From positions 1 to 36,228 of the forward strand of contig JALSQH010000157.1 of NCBI GenBank assembly GCA_026985515.1: a DNA stretch of 36,228 nucleotides, read 5' to 3'. This stretch comes from a bacterium (GTDB lineage: Bacteria; JALSQH01). The notes beneath the pieces were generated by a model. The model saw only the letters and a program-made list of their open reading frames with translations, searched no databases and was not told the DNA's origin. Of the stretch, positions 18,158 to 27,354 are shown piece by piece. Each line of letters starts with the position of its first letter. The stretch's first letter is position 1. Made by a program: the position numbers and the translations under genes.

Positions 18158-19705
18158 ATGGAGGTGATAAAAATCAGTTCAGCCACTATAAGGGGAGTTG
18201 AGGCAGTGGAGGTTGAGGTTGAGGTGAGCATTTCCACCTCAGCTTTTCCAACCTTTGTTATTGTTGGACTTGCAGATAATGCTGTTAAGGAGAGCAGAGA
18301 GAGAATAAGGTCAGCCATCTCAAGCACTGGCCTCTCTCTGCCTTCAAAGAAAATTGTGGTAAATCTGGCACCAGCAGGTATTAAAAAAGAAGGAACTTTT
18401 TACGACCTGCCAATCCTCCTTGGTATACTCTCTGGGCTGGGATATGTTGACCCGGGCAGGCTGGAATCGCTCATGGTTGTTGGAGAGGTTTCCCTTGATG
18501 GAAATTTGAGAAAGGTGAGGGGGGTACTACCCGTTGCCCTCCTGGCAAGGGATCTGAATCTCAAGCTTTTAATTCCAGCAGAAAATCTCAGAGAAGCCCT
18601 GATTGTGAACAATCTACCCGTCTGGGGAGTGGGGAACATCACAGAAATCATTGAGGGATTGAATGAGGGAAAGGCAGGATTTGTAATTTCTTCCGGGGGT
18701 GAGGAGAGGACCCTCTATCCTGATTACTCCATTGATTTTTCCGAGGTTAAGGGACAGGAGCAGGCAAAAAGAGCTATCGAAATAGCGGCTGCTGGAGGCC
18801 ATAACATACTGATGGTGGGTCCACCGGGCTCCGGGAAGTCAATGCTTGCAAAGAGAATTCCAACAATACTTCCTCCCATGAACTTTGAAGAAGCCCTTGA
18901 AACAACAAAAATATATTCCATTGCAGGTTTGCTTAAAAAGGATGATTCCCTTATCACAACAAGGCCCTTCAGATCACCACATCACACTATCTCGGATGTG
19001 GGGCTGATAGGAGGTGGGAATCCTCCCCGACCCGGTGAAGTTACACTCAGTCATAATGGTGTCCTCTTCCTGGATGAATTGCCTGAATTCAAGAGAAATG
19101 TTCTTGAAGTATTGAGACAGCCCCTTGAGGATGGTGTGGTTACAGTTACAAGGGCTTCGGGAACAGTCATTTACCCCGCGAGATTCATGCTTGTGGCTGC
19201 AATGAATCCCTGCCCATGCGGCTATCTTACTGACCCGTATCACCAGTGTACCTGCAGTGTATCCCAGATTCAGAGGTATCAGCAGAGGGTATCTGGACCT
19301 CTGCTTGATAGAATTGATCTTCAGATTGAGGTTCCATCAATCAAATACAGAGACCTTTCAACTATAAAAAAAGGGGAAACTTCTCTCAGGATAAGAAAGA
19401 GGGTGTTGAAAGCAAGAAAAATTCAGTGGGAGAGGTACAGGAAGTATGGAATCCACTCCAATGGGATGCTGACACCTTCTCTGATAGAGAAATTTGCACC
19501 TCTGGGAGAAGGGGAAAAGAGAATACTTGAGATTGCAATGGAGAAATTTGGACTCAGTGCCAGAGCTTTTCACAGGGTGATAAAAGTCGCCCGTACCATT
19601 GCAGACCTTGAAGGGGAGGAGAAAATAAGGGAGCATCATCTGACAGAGGCAATTCAGTACAGGATGCTTGACAGGTTAAATTTCAGAATAAAAGTTCAGA
19701 CCTGA
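18158..19705 (+). CDS. comM: ComM/YifB Mg-chelatase-like AAA+ helicase
   Basis: VGLADNAVKESRER, VNLAPA, GPPGSGKSM, RPFRSPHH, GVLFLDELPEF, AMNPCPCG, SGPLLDRID. Confidence 0.95.
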   Translation: MEVIKISSATIRGVEAVEVEVEVSISTSAFPTFVIVGLADNAVKESRERIRSAISSTGLSLPSKKIVVNLAPAGIKKEGTFYDLPILLGILSGLGYVDPGRLESLMVVGEVSLDGNLRKVRGVLPVALLARDLNLKLLIPAENLREALIVNNLPVWGVGNITEIIEGLNEGKAGFVISSGGEERTLYPDYSIDFSEVKGQEQAKRAIEIAAAGGHNILMVGPPGSGKSMLAKRIPTILPPMNFEEALETTKIYSIAGLLKKDDSLITTRPFRSPHHTISDVGLIGGGNPPRPGEVTLSHNGVLFLDELPEFKRNVLEVLRQPLEDGVVTVTRASGTVIYPARFMLVAAMNPCPCGYLTDPYHQCTCSVSQIQRYQQRVSGPLLDRIDLQIEVPSIKYRDLSTIKKGETSLRIRKRVLKARKIQWERYRKYGIHSNGMLTPSLIEKFAPLGEGEKRILEIAMEKFGLSARAFHRVIKVARTIADLEGEEKIREHHLTEAIQYRMLDRLNFRIKVQT

Positions 19706-19716
19706 GGAGGTGAGGT

Positions 19717-19905
19717 ATGAAAGATGTTTATGTTATCATTGAGGGTAAAGAAGGTAGAGACATCTGGCAGAAAATCGGGACTGCCTTTGAAAACAGGGAT
19801 GGATCACTGAATATCTATCTGAATTGCATTCCCCTTTCAGGTAAACTTCATGTGCGGGACAGATTCAACAACGAAGAAAAAGTGGAAGAGGAAGTTGAGG
19901 AGTGA
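19717..19905 (+). CDS. Conserved-looking small beta-rich protein, candidate ssDNA-binding protein
   Basis: Strong SD (GGAGGTGAGG); W-x-x-IG-x-AF-x-NRDGS-LNIYL-x-x-IP-x-x-G-x-L-H-x-RD pattern recalls a widespread DUF736-like hypothetical family; acidic tail. Confidence 0.75.
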   Translation: MKDVYVIIEGKEGRDIWQKIGTAFENRDGSLNIYLNCIPLSGKLHVRDRFNNEEKVEEEVEE

Positions 19906-20361
19906 CTATCCCTCAAGGGTTTTTCTTATGTTGGTCAGGTATCCCTCAACAAGATTTTTTATTTCACTTTCCAGGATTGGCTTTGCAAGTTTTGTCATCA
20001 ATCTGGGAATGGGGGCATCAACAGTTACATCCATGGTGAGGGTGACAGATGTCTCGTCACCTTCACCCTTTAATTCGAATTTTCCCTTTACCTCGGCATT
20101 TCCACTCCCGGGAATCGTTTCCCATGAAACTTCCTTTTGAGGAATATTTGAGAATCTTACATCGTACTGAACTTTGACATTGATTCCCTTTACTCCCACA
20201 GGCTTGAATTCCCAGTGGTAAATTTCTCCTCTCTTTTCTATCTTTTCAAGGTCAGGAACATGAGATGCGGATCTCTCATAATCTGAGAGGAGTTCAAAAA
20301 CTTTTTCCACAGGAGCTTTTATTTTTACTTCTCTTTTAACCACAGTGTTCAACTTTGCCAT
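19906..20361 (-). CDS. SRPBCC/START family protein (CoxG/polyketide cyclase-like)
   Basis: VKIKAPVEKVFELLSDYE...VP; C-terminal amphipathic helix; 151 aa. Confidence 0.85.
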   Translation of the reverse strand: MAKLNTVVKREVKIKAPVEKVFELLSDYERSASHVPDLEKIEKRGEIYHWEFKPVGVKGINVKVQYDVRFSNIPQKEVSWETIPGSGNAEVKGKFELKGEGDETSVTLTMDVTVDAPIPRLMTKLAKPILESEIKNLVEGYLTNIRKTLEG

Positions 20362-20365
20362 TTTT

Positions 20366-21943
20366 TCACCTCACTTTTTTCAGTTTAACAGTCGTTTCAA
20401 TCTCATCACCATCTTCAACAGAAAATTTAAGGTGTTTTTCTTTCCTCCCGGGTGCAGAAATGGAAATTGAGATCTCTCCAGGTGAAACTTTCAATTTTAG
20501 CTCTCCAGGTTCATGTTTTAACACTCTGAATTTAGAGGCTTTAACATTGAATTTGTATTCTTTAACTGGTTCTCTTTTCTCTGTGACGATTTTCAGAGTT
20601 ATTATGGCATGAGGGAATTCTATCTCTTTGAGATTTATTCTCACCACCTCCTGTGTACCTGATTCAACTTCCACAAATTGCTGAGAAGCCTGATAATCGG
20701 GAGCAGTAACCGTTATTGAATAGGTTGCAGGAGGAAGTCCCTTTATTTTGAACATCCCATTTCTGTCTGTGTATGTGGTGGAGGTTACAGGGCCACTTAT
20801 TTTTACTTTAGCATTTTCTACGGGGATCCCTGAAGTTGTTACAAATCCAAGGATACTTCCCGGCAAAATGATTTTTCTCAGTTCAACTTCTAACACTTTT
20901 TTCTCGTCAGGTTGCAATGTCACTTCGGTTGTAAGGCTTCTGTATCCTTCTGCACTGATTGTAAGGGAATATTTCCCAGGAAGTAGATCCAGGTATTTAA
21001 ATGTATTGTCCTGCTTGATATCTGGAGTTACGCCATTTAATTTGACCTCTGCCTTCCCTTTGACATTTTTAACACTGATTGTGAGTTCGGCTCTCTTTTT
21101 TAATGAGATCTGAATTTTTTTCTTTGAAGAAGAGATCTGTGGTGGATGATAGAAAATGGTGAGTTCCAGAGTAACATTGCCCTTTTCCGGGTATCCCTCT
21201 ATGCTTTTTCTGTAAAGCTTCCACTCTGCCACAGGGGTAACAGTTATACAGGGAGTAATTTCAAGGTTAACACCCGTTGATATAAAGAGGGGGACTCCGC
21301 TTCCATAGAGTTTTTCACCTTCAAAGAGAATAAATGGTGAAAAACGGGATAGATTATAAATTGCCCCGATTGAAAAGGGACTCCAGGTGTAGTCAACTTC
21401 TTCCCATGCCATCCTCTCAAAGAGGTCAGGTTCTCTATCAATAAAATTTATTCTTCTGTCGTAGAAGTACCCGAAGTTACCGGTAAAGGTAAGCCTTCCA
21501 GAGATATAATTGAGAATAAGATTGAATAAGTAACTTGAAGTGTCACCATAGGTGCTCTGATCTTTAACAGGGGCAAAAAGGTAAAGTCCTGCATTTAGCC
21601 AGAGGCTCAAATTTTGTCTGAGTTTAATTTTGTAAAAAGTGTTCAGATCAAGGTCTCCAGTGGCAGAAAGCCACTCAACTGAAGGATATGATCTCCTTGT
21701 GAAGGATGCACTCCATCCTGCTTCAAAAACAGCTTCTGTCAGAGGTGAATAAAAACCGAAAATTTTTATTCCAGTTTTCTGATACTCCCCAGGTGAGTTT
21801 GAAGGTGAAAAGTAAAAATAGTTGATTTTACTTCCGGCTCCCCATTTTAGATAGTGTTGAGTAAAGTATGGAAGATTACCTGTTTCGGAAAAGAGGAATG
21901 CTGGAAAAATAAGTGCGAGAACAACATATAGCCTGCCCTTCAT
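20366..21943 (-). CDS. Exported protein: aromatic-rich beta-barrel-like N-half plus PEGA/carboxypeptidase regulatory-like domains
   Basis: Signal peptide; LLPGKYSLTISAEGY; TDRNGMFKIKGLPPATYSITVTAPDY; SPGEISISISAPG. Confidence 0.7.
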   Translation of the reverse strand: MKGRLYVVLALIFPAFLFSETGNLPYFTQHYLKWGAGSKINYFYFSPSNSPGEYQKTGIKIFGFYSPLTEAVFEAGWSASFTRRSYPSVEWLSATGDLDLNTFYKIKLRQNLSLWLNAGLYLFAPVKDQSTYGDTSSYLFNLILNYISGRLTFTGNFGYFYDRRINFIDREPDLFERMAWEEVDYTWSPFSIGAIYNLSRFSPFILFEGEKLYGSGVPLFISTGVNLEITPCITVTPVAEWKLYRKSIEGYPEKGNVTLELTIFYHPPQISSSKKKIQISLKKRAELTISVKNVKGKAEVKLNGVTPDIKQDNTFKYLDLLPGKYSLTISAEGYRSLTTEVTLQPDEKKVLEVELRKIILPGSILGFVTTSGIPVENAKVKISGPVTSTTYTDRNGMFKIKGLPPATYSITVTAPDYQASQQFVEVESGTQEVVRINLKEIEFPHAIITLKIVTEKREPVKEYKFNVKASKFRVLKHEPGELKLKVSPGEISISISAPGRKEKHLKFSVEDGDEIETTVKLKKVR

Positions 21944-21949
21944 GCTTTA

Positions 21950-21978
21950 ATCCTATTAAATTATGATTCATTTGTCAA
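21950..21978 (-). promoter_or_regulatory. Putative sigma70 promoter of the barrel/PEGA gene
   Basis: TTGACA-17 nt-TAGGAT, 6 nt before ATG. Confidence 0.6.
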
Positions 21979-22020
21979 CTTGTGAGGGAACCATCTCACT
22001 ATTTCCTTCTTTGTAAAAAA

Positions 22021-22048
22021 TTGACAAAAATTCAATGAAAAATAAAAT
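22021..22048 (+). promoter_or_regulatory. Putative sigma70 promoter of dprA-topA with ATTGA-N7-TCAAT palindrome
   Basis: TTGACA-16 nt-TAAAAT, 6 nt before ATG 22055. Confidence 0.7.
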
Positions 22049-22054
22049 GAAAGC

Positions 22055-23116
22055 ATGGATTTCAGAGAAAGTAAGCTGTATGCACTGGTCCTTTTATGGC
22101 AGAAGGGGATTGGCTTTTCCCATTTAAAAAATCTTGTGGAGAACTTTAAGACTCCGAGAGAAGCATGGGAAAATTACAGGCAGCACAGATTGTTAAAGGG
22201 TGAGTATTCGGTTGAAGAGTTGCTTGAGAGATCCCTCAAATTGCTTGAGGATCTTGACAGAATGGGGTGGGACCTCCTCTCCATGTGGGATGAAGAGTAT
22301 CCCTCACTGCTTAGAGAGATAGATTACCCGCCGCCGGTGCTTTTCTATAAGGGAGATTTATCTCTTCTGAAGGAAAATATTGTGGCAATCGTGGGAACAA
22401 GGAAGCCCACCTCCTATGGGGAGGAAGTCACAGAGAAAATTGCATCTGAGCTGGCGGAAGCTGATATCCCGGTGGTGAGTGGACTTGCGAGAGGAATTGA
22501 TGCAGTTGCCCACAAATCCGTTATTGAGTCACAGGGAAAGACAATTGCTGTTTTACCATCTCCACCTGATAGAATCTACCCCAGAAGGCATGAGGAGCTT
22601 GCTGAAAAAATAGCGGAGAGAGGTCTCATCCTTTCCGAGTATCTCCCGGGATCGAGGGTTTTTAAACAAAACTTTTATTTGAGAAACAGGATTATCAGTG
22701 GAGTGTCAAAAGCTGTGATAGTTGTTGAGGCTGGTGAGAGAAGTGGGGCACTTATCACAGCCAGGTATGCCCTTGAGCAAAACAGGGAGGTATATGCTGT
22801 GCCGGGTTCAATATTTTCCGACAGGAGCAGAGGAACCAACTACCTTATCAAAATGGGGGCTGTACCTTTTCTTGATACGGAGGATTTTCTCAGGGACCTG
22901 GGGTTGCAAAAAAATTTTTTAAATATACAATTACCAGAACTGGATGATAGAGAAAGGGAAGTTTTTGAACTGATTGAGAAAGACGGAGTTCACTTTGATG
23001 CTCTTCTGAATATGAGTAAAAAAGGTTTTGGAGAACTCATGGATATCCTTTTTAACCTGCAGATAAAGGGTTACATTGAAGAGACACATCCAAATTTTTT
23101 CAGAAGAAAGGTGTAG
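22055..23116 (+). CDS. dprA: DNA-processing protein DprA
   Basis: YPSLLREIDYPPPVLF, VAIVGTR, VSGLARGIDAVAH, RNRIISG, VEAGERSGALITA. Confidence 0.96.
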   Translation: MDFRESKLYALVLLWQKGIGFSHLKNLVENFKTPREAWENYRQHRLLKGEYSVEELLERSLKLLEDLDRMGWDLLSMWDEEYPSLLREIDYPPPVLFYKGDLSLLKENIVAIVGTRKPTSYGEEVTEKIASELAEADIPVVSGLARGIDAVAHKSVIESQGKTIAVLPSPPDRIYPRRHEELAEKIAERGLILSEYLPGSRVFKQNFYLRNRIISGVSKAVIVVEAGERSGALITARYALEQNREVYAVPGSIFSDRSRGTNYLIKMGAVPFLDTEDFLRDLGLQKNFLNIQLPELDDREREVFELIEKDGVHFDALLNMSKKGFGELMDILFNLQIKGYIEETHPNFFRRKV

Positions 23117-25357
23117 ATGAATAAGAAACTTCTTGTGGTTGAGTCCCCCACCAAGGTAAAAACAATTTCAAAATTTCTGGGTAAGGATTTTGTAATAAAG
23201 GCATCGAAGGGTCACGTAAAGGATCTTCCTGAAAATTCCCTGGGAGTTGATGTAACAAATAATTTTAAACCTACCTACATCACGATTAAAGGAAAGGAGA
23301 AGGTAATTAAGGAGATAAGGGATGCTGCTGCAAAGGTTGACGAGATCTACCTGGCTCCCGATCCTGACAGGGAAGGTGAAGCTATAGCCTGGCACATAGC
23401 AGAGGAAATAAGAAAAAAGGTGAAGGATAAGCCCATAAAAAGAGCGGTTTTTCACGAAATTACAAAGAGAGCAGTCGAGGATGCAATAAACAATCCCAGG
23501 GACCTTGATGAAAATCTTTTTAATGCTCAGCAGGCGAGAAGGATTCTGGACAGACTTGTTGGTTACAATTTGAGTCCCCTTCTGTGGGAAAAGGTTAAGA
23601 GGGGATTGAGTGCAGGGAGAGTTCAATCTGTGGCTGTCAAGATTATATGTGAGAGAGAAAAGAAAATCAGAGAATTTGTGCCTGAGGAATACTGGACAGT
23701 CACTGCCCTTCTGAAAGCTTCAACTCCTCCTGAAATCACAGCCAGACTCAGCAAAATTGAGGGTAAAAAAGCTGAGATAAAGAGTGAAGAAGAGGTAAAG
23801 GTTATACTCTCTGATCTTGAAAGTAGCGATTTTGTCGTTGAAAAGGTGGAGAAGAAGGAAGTTAAGAGGAATCCTCCTCCTCCCTTTATAACCTCCACTC
23901 TCCAGCAGGAAGCTTCAAGAAGATTTGGCTACAGTGCGAAAAAAACAATGATGATTGCACAGAGACTCTATGAGGGCGTTGACCTTGGACCGTATGGAAC
24001 GGTGGGGTTAATTACCTATATGAGGACCGATTCTGTAAGAATTGCCGATGAAGCAGTTTCAATGGTTAGAGATTTTATCAGGGAAAAGTATGGGGAGGAA
24101 TTTCTTCCTTCCTCACCTAATAAGTTTAAAAATAAAAATGCTGCTCAGGATGCCCACGAGGCAATAAGACCTACTTCTATGGATTATCCCCCTGACTCCA
24201 TTGAGCAGTACCTTGATAAGGATAGTTTCAGACTTTACAGACTTATCTGGGAGAGGTTTGTCGCATCACAGATGCCTCCTGCCCGCTATGATCAGCATAC
24301 CATAACCATCAGAGCTGGAAAATACACATTTACTGCTACAGGAAAGAAGTTGATTTTTCCTGGCTTCCTGAAGGTGTACAGGGAGCAGGAGGAGGAAAAT
24401 GGTGAAATGATATTTCCAGAAGTGAAGGTGGGTGAGAAACTTGATGTGCTAAAGATAACCCCTGAACAGCATTTTACAAAGCCTCCGCCAAGATTTAATG
24501 AGGGTACCCTTGTCAGGGAACTGGAAGAGAAGGGGATAGGAAGACCTTCAACATATGCTACGATAATCTCTACGATTCAGGAGAGGGGCTATGTAAGAAA
24601 GGAGAAGAATTTCCTTGTTCCAACTGATCTGGGCTTCCTTATAACGGAACTGCTTGATAAGAGTTTTCCTGACATAATGAATGAGAAGTTCACAGCGGAG
24701 ATGGAGGAGAGACTTGATCTGATTGAAGAGGGGAAAAGGGACTGGGTTGAGGATCTCAGAGAGTTTTACAGCAAATTTGAAAGGGATCTTGAAAGAGCCA
24801 GGGAGGAGATGAAAAACATAAAGAAGGAGGGGGTTGAGGTAACCGATGAGGAGTGTCCTGTCTGTGGTGCGAAGCTTGTGGTGAGATATGGCAGGTATGG
24901 AAAATTTCTTGCGTGCAGCAGATATCCGGAGTGTAAGTACACAAGACCCCTGCCTGAAGAGATAGAGTATTCTGATGAGAAGTGCCCGGTGTGTGGCAGC
25001 AGATTAATTATTAAGAGGGGAAAGGGAGGAGTGAGATATCTGGCGTGTGAGAGATATCCAAAGTGCAACTATACTGCTCCCTACTCATTGAAGATAAAGT
25101 GTCCCCAGTGTGGTGAAGGCGAAATTGTTGAGAGGGTGACAGGTAAGGGTAAAATTTTTTACAGCTGCAGCAGGTATCCTGAGTGTAAATTTGCCTTATG
25201 GGATGAGCCGGTGGACCACCCCTGTCCTTCATGTGGTTACCCCATCCTCGTAAAGAAAAAGGGAAGAGGAAAATCCTACTATTACCAGTGTCCATCCTGC
25301 AATTCAAGGTTTAAAAGAGATGAAATAGAGGGGAAAGAAGACTCAGAGAGTTCTTGA
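23117..25357 (+). CDS. topA: DNA topoisomerase I with four C-terminal zinc ribbons
   Basis: VVESPTK, DPDREGEAI, SAGRVQS, ITYMRTDS, GIGRPSTY; CPxC repeats. Confidence 0.97.
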   Translation: MNKKLLVVESPTKVKTISKFLGKDFVIKASKGHVKDLPENSLGVDVTNNFKPTYITIKGKEKVIKEIRDAAAKVDEIYLAPDPDREGEAIAWHIAEEIRKKVKDKPIKRAVFHEITKRAVEDAINNPRDLDENLFNAQQARRILDRLVGYNLSPLLWEKVKRGLSAGRVQSVAVKIICEREKKIREFVPEEYWTVTALLKASTPPEITARLSKIEGKKAEIKSEEEVKVILSDLESSDFVVEKVEKKEVKRNPPPPFITSTLQQEASRRFGYSAKKTMMIAQRLYEGVDLGPYGTVGLITYMRTDSVRIADEAVSMVRDFIREKYGEEFLPSSPNKFKNKNAAQDAHEAIRPTSMDYPPDSIEQYLDKDSFRLYRLIWERFVASQMPPARYDQHTITIRAGKYTFTATGKKLIFPGFLKVYREQEEENGEMIFPEVKVGEKLDVLKITPEQHFTKPPPRFNEGTLVRELEEKGIGRPSTYATIISTIQERGYVRKEKNFLVPTDLGFLITELLDKSFPDIMNEKFTAEMEERLDLIEEGKRDWVEDLREFYSKFERDLERAREEMKNIKKEGVEVTDEECPVCGAKLVVRYGRYGKFLACSRYPECKYTRPLPEEIEYSDEKCPVCGSRLIIKRGKGGVRYLACERYPKCNYTAPYSLKIKCPQCGEGEIVERVTGKGKIFYSCSRYPECKFALWDEPVDHPCPSCGYPILVKKKGRGKSYYYQCPSCNSRFKRDEIEGKEDSESS

Positions 25358-26497
25358 AATTTCCCTGACCATGTGTCTGCTTATGACCAGTTTCTGAATC
25401 TGATTGGTACCTTCCACTATCTGCATCACTTTTGCTTCTCTCATATATCTTTCTACCGGGTAATCCTTCATGTAACCATTCCCTCCCATTACCTGAACGG
25501 CATTGGTTGTAACCTCCATGGCTATGTCAGTAGCAAATAGCTTTGCCATTGCAGCTTCTTTGGAATAGGGGAGACCTCTGTCCCTTAGAAAGGCGGCCCT
25601 CTGAGTGAGTAGTCGCGCTGCATTTATCTTTGTCTCCATGTCCGCTAGGGGAAAACTCACTCCCTGAAATTCCACAATTGGTTTTCCAAATTGCCTTCTC
25701 GTTACAGCATACCTGAGGGCACAATCCTTTGCAGCCTCTGCGATGCCAATGGCCGTCGCAGCAATTGTTATTCTTCCAGAATCCAGAGCCATCATTGCTA
25801 TCTTAAATCCATAACCCTCTTTTCCCACCACATTTTCAACAGGTACATCAACATCCTCCAGATAGATTTCCCTTGTTGCCGTTGCGTTGAGCCCCATTTT
25901 TCGTTCTTTTTTACCAAAGGTTATTCCTTTCATATCCTTTGTGATGATGAAGGCGGTTATGTCGTGAGAAGAACCGGTGTTTTGAGTCCTTGCAAGAAGT
26001 ATGTAGAGGTCGGCAACCCCTGCCTGGGAGATGAACCTCTTGGTTCCATTTATGATGTATCTGTCTCCTCTTCTTTCCGCAAAGGTCTTTATGCTCTTTG
26101 CATCTGAACCATAATCAGGTTCTGTGAGGGCGAAACCTCCAGTTATCTCTGCCGTGCTGAGTTTTGGAAGATATTTTCTTTTCTGTTCTTCGTTGCCAAA
26201 TTTGTCAATTATCAGCTGGGGCAGGCCATTGACTGCCACAGCTATAGCAAGGGAGGCAGAGGCTCTGGCTATTTCTTCAAGGACAATTATGTACTCCTGA
26301 TATCCCAGCCCCTGTCCATTGTATTCTTCGGGATATGGGATCCCCAGAAAACCATTTTCTCCAAGTTTTTTCATAACTTCAATGGGAAATTCCATTCTTT
26401 CTTCCCATTCATCCACATGTGGTGAAACTTCTTTTTCAACAAACCTTTTTATGGAATCTTTTAACATCTCCTGCACTTCGTTGTACATAAAATCCAT
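25343..26497 (-). CDS. Acyl-CoA dehydrogenase
   Basis: FALTEPDYGSD, INGTKRFIS, QFGKPI, QVMGGNGY, IVEGTNQIQ. Confidence 0.93.
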   Translation of the reverse strand: MDFMYNEVQEMLKDSIKRFVEKEVSPHVDEWEERMEFPIEVMKKLGENGFLGIPYPEEYNGQGLGYQEYIIVLEEIARASASLAIAVAVNGLPQLIIDKFGNEEQKRKYLPKLSTAEITGGFALTEPDYGSDAKSIKTFAERRGDRYIINGTKRFISQAGVADLYILLARTQNTGSSHDITAFIITKDMKGITFGKKERKMGLNATATREIYLEDVDVPVENVVGKEGYGFKIAMMALDSGRITIAATAIGIAEAAKDCALRYAVTRRQFGKPIVEFQGVSFPLADMETKINAARLLTQRAAFLRDRGLPYSKEAAMAKLFATDIAMEVTTNAVQVMGGNGYMKDYPVERYMREAKVMQIVEGTNQIQKLVISRHMVREISRTL

Positions 26498-27345
26498 TAT
26501 ATCCTCCTGAGCTGAAATTTTCCCTTTTCATTTAATTCCACTTTTCCCACAGGTGTATCATAGTCATGTTCAAAGATTATAGTCCAGTCTTCATCAATTG
26601 CCTGCAGAAGAATATCCTTCTTCACTTTCAGAGTTGTCACAGGATACAGGTCATACGACATAATGTAAGGAAGGGGGATGTGTCTTGAGGTTGGAATTAG
26701 GTCCCCTGCGTAGAAAAATTTTTTACCGCTCCGGGTTGTGATGAGAACACTCTGATGACCCGGGGTGTGCCCCTCAGTCGGGATTACAACAACACCATCT
26801 GCTATTTCTGTTTCTCCTTCCAGCAGGGTTACAAGACCATTTTCCATAAGGGGCAGATAGTTCCAGGAAAGGTAGCTTGCCCTGTCTCTCTCGTTTGGGT
26901 TGAGGGCATGCTCCCACTGATCTGTGTGGATGTAATATGTGGCATTGGGAAAGGTTGGAACGGCTTCTCCGTTTTTCAGAATAGTTGAACCTCCAGTGTG
27001 GTCAAAGTGGAGATGAGTCAGTACCACATCTGTTATATCCTCAGGTGCAACTCCCACCTCTCTCAGAGCATCTGTGATAGTTCTTTTTTCAAAGTCATAT
27101 ATTTTTCTCTCTTTTTCCGTGTACTTGTCTCCATTTCCCGTGTCAATAAGTATATTTCTTCTGTCGTTTTTAAATGTTATGAGAAGGGAATTGGTGGCCA
27201 TGGGTATCTGGTTCTTTTCATTGACCTCAATCAATTTTTCCCACATCACCTTCGGTACAACACCAAACATGGCACCACCATCAAGGCGGAAGTTCCCTCC
27301 ATTGACAATGGTTAACTTTACATTTTCATCTTCATAAATAATCAT
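26497..27345 (-). CDS. MBL-fold metallo-hydrolase, YtnP-like
   Basis: FRLDGGAMFGVVPK, LTHLHFDHTGG, GHTPGHQ, AGDL. Confidence 0.88.
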   Translation of the reverse strand: MIIYEDENVKLTIVNGGNFRLDGGAMFGVVPKVMWEKLIEVNEKNQIPMATNSLLITFKNDRRNILIDTGNGDKYTEKERKIYDFEKRTITDALREVGVAPEDITDVVLTHLHFDHTGGSTILKNGEAVPTFPNATYYIHTDQWEHALNPNERDRASYLSWNYLPLMENGLVTLLEGETEIADGVVVIPTEGHTPGHQSVLITTRSGKKFFYAGDLIPTSRHIPLPYIMSYDLYPVTTLKVKKDILLQAIDEDWTIIFEHDYDTPVGKVELNEKGKFQLRRI

Positions 27346-27354
27346 GGCATTCTC

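Noticed and set aside
24840-25310. Repeated Cys-rich segments (GCAGCAG.TATCC.GAGTGTAA)
   Set aside because: Ordinary TopA zinc-ribbon repeats.
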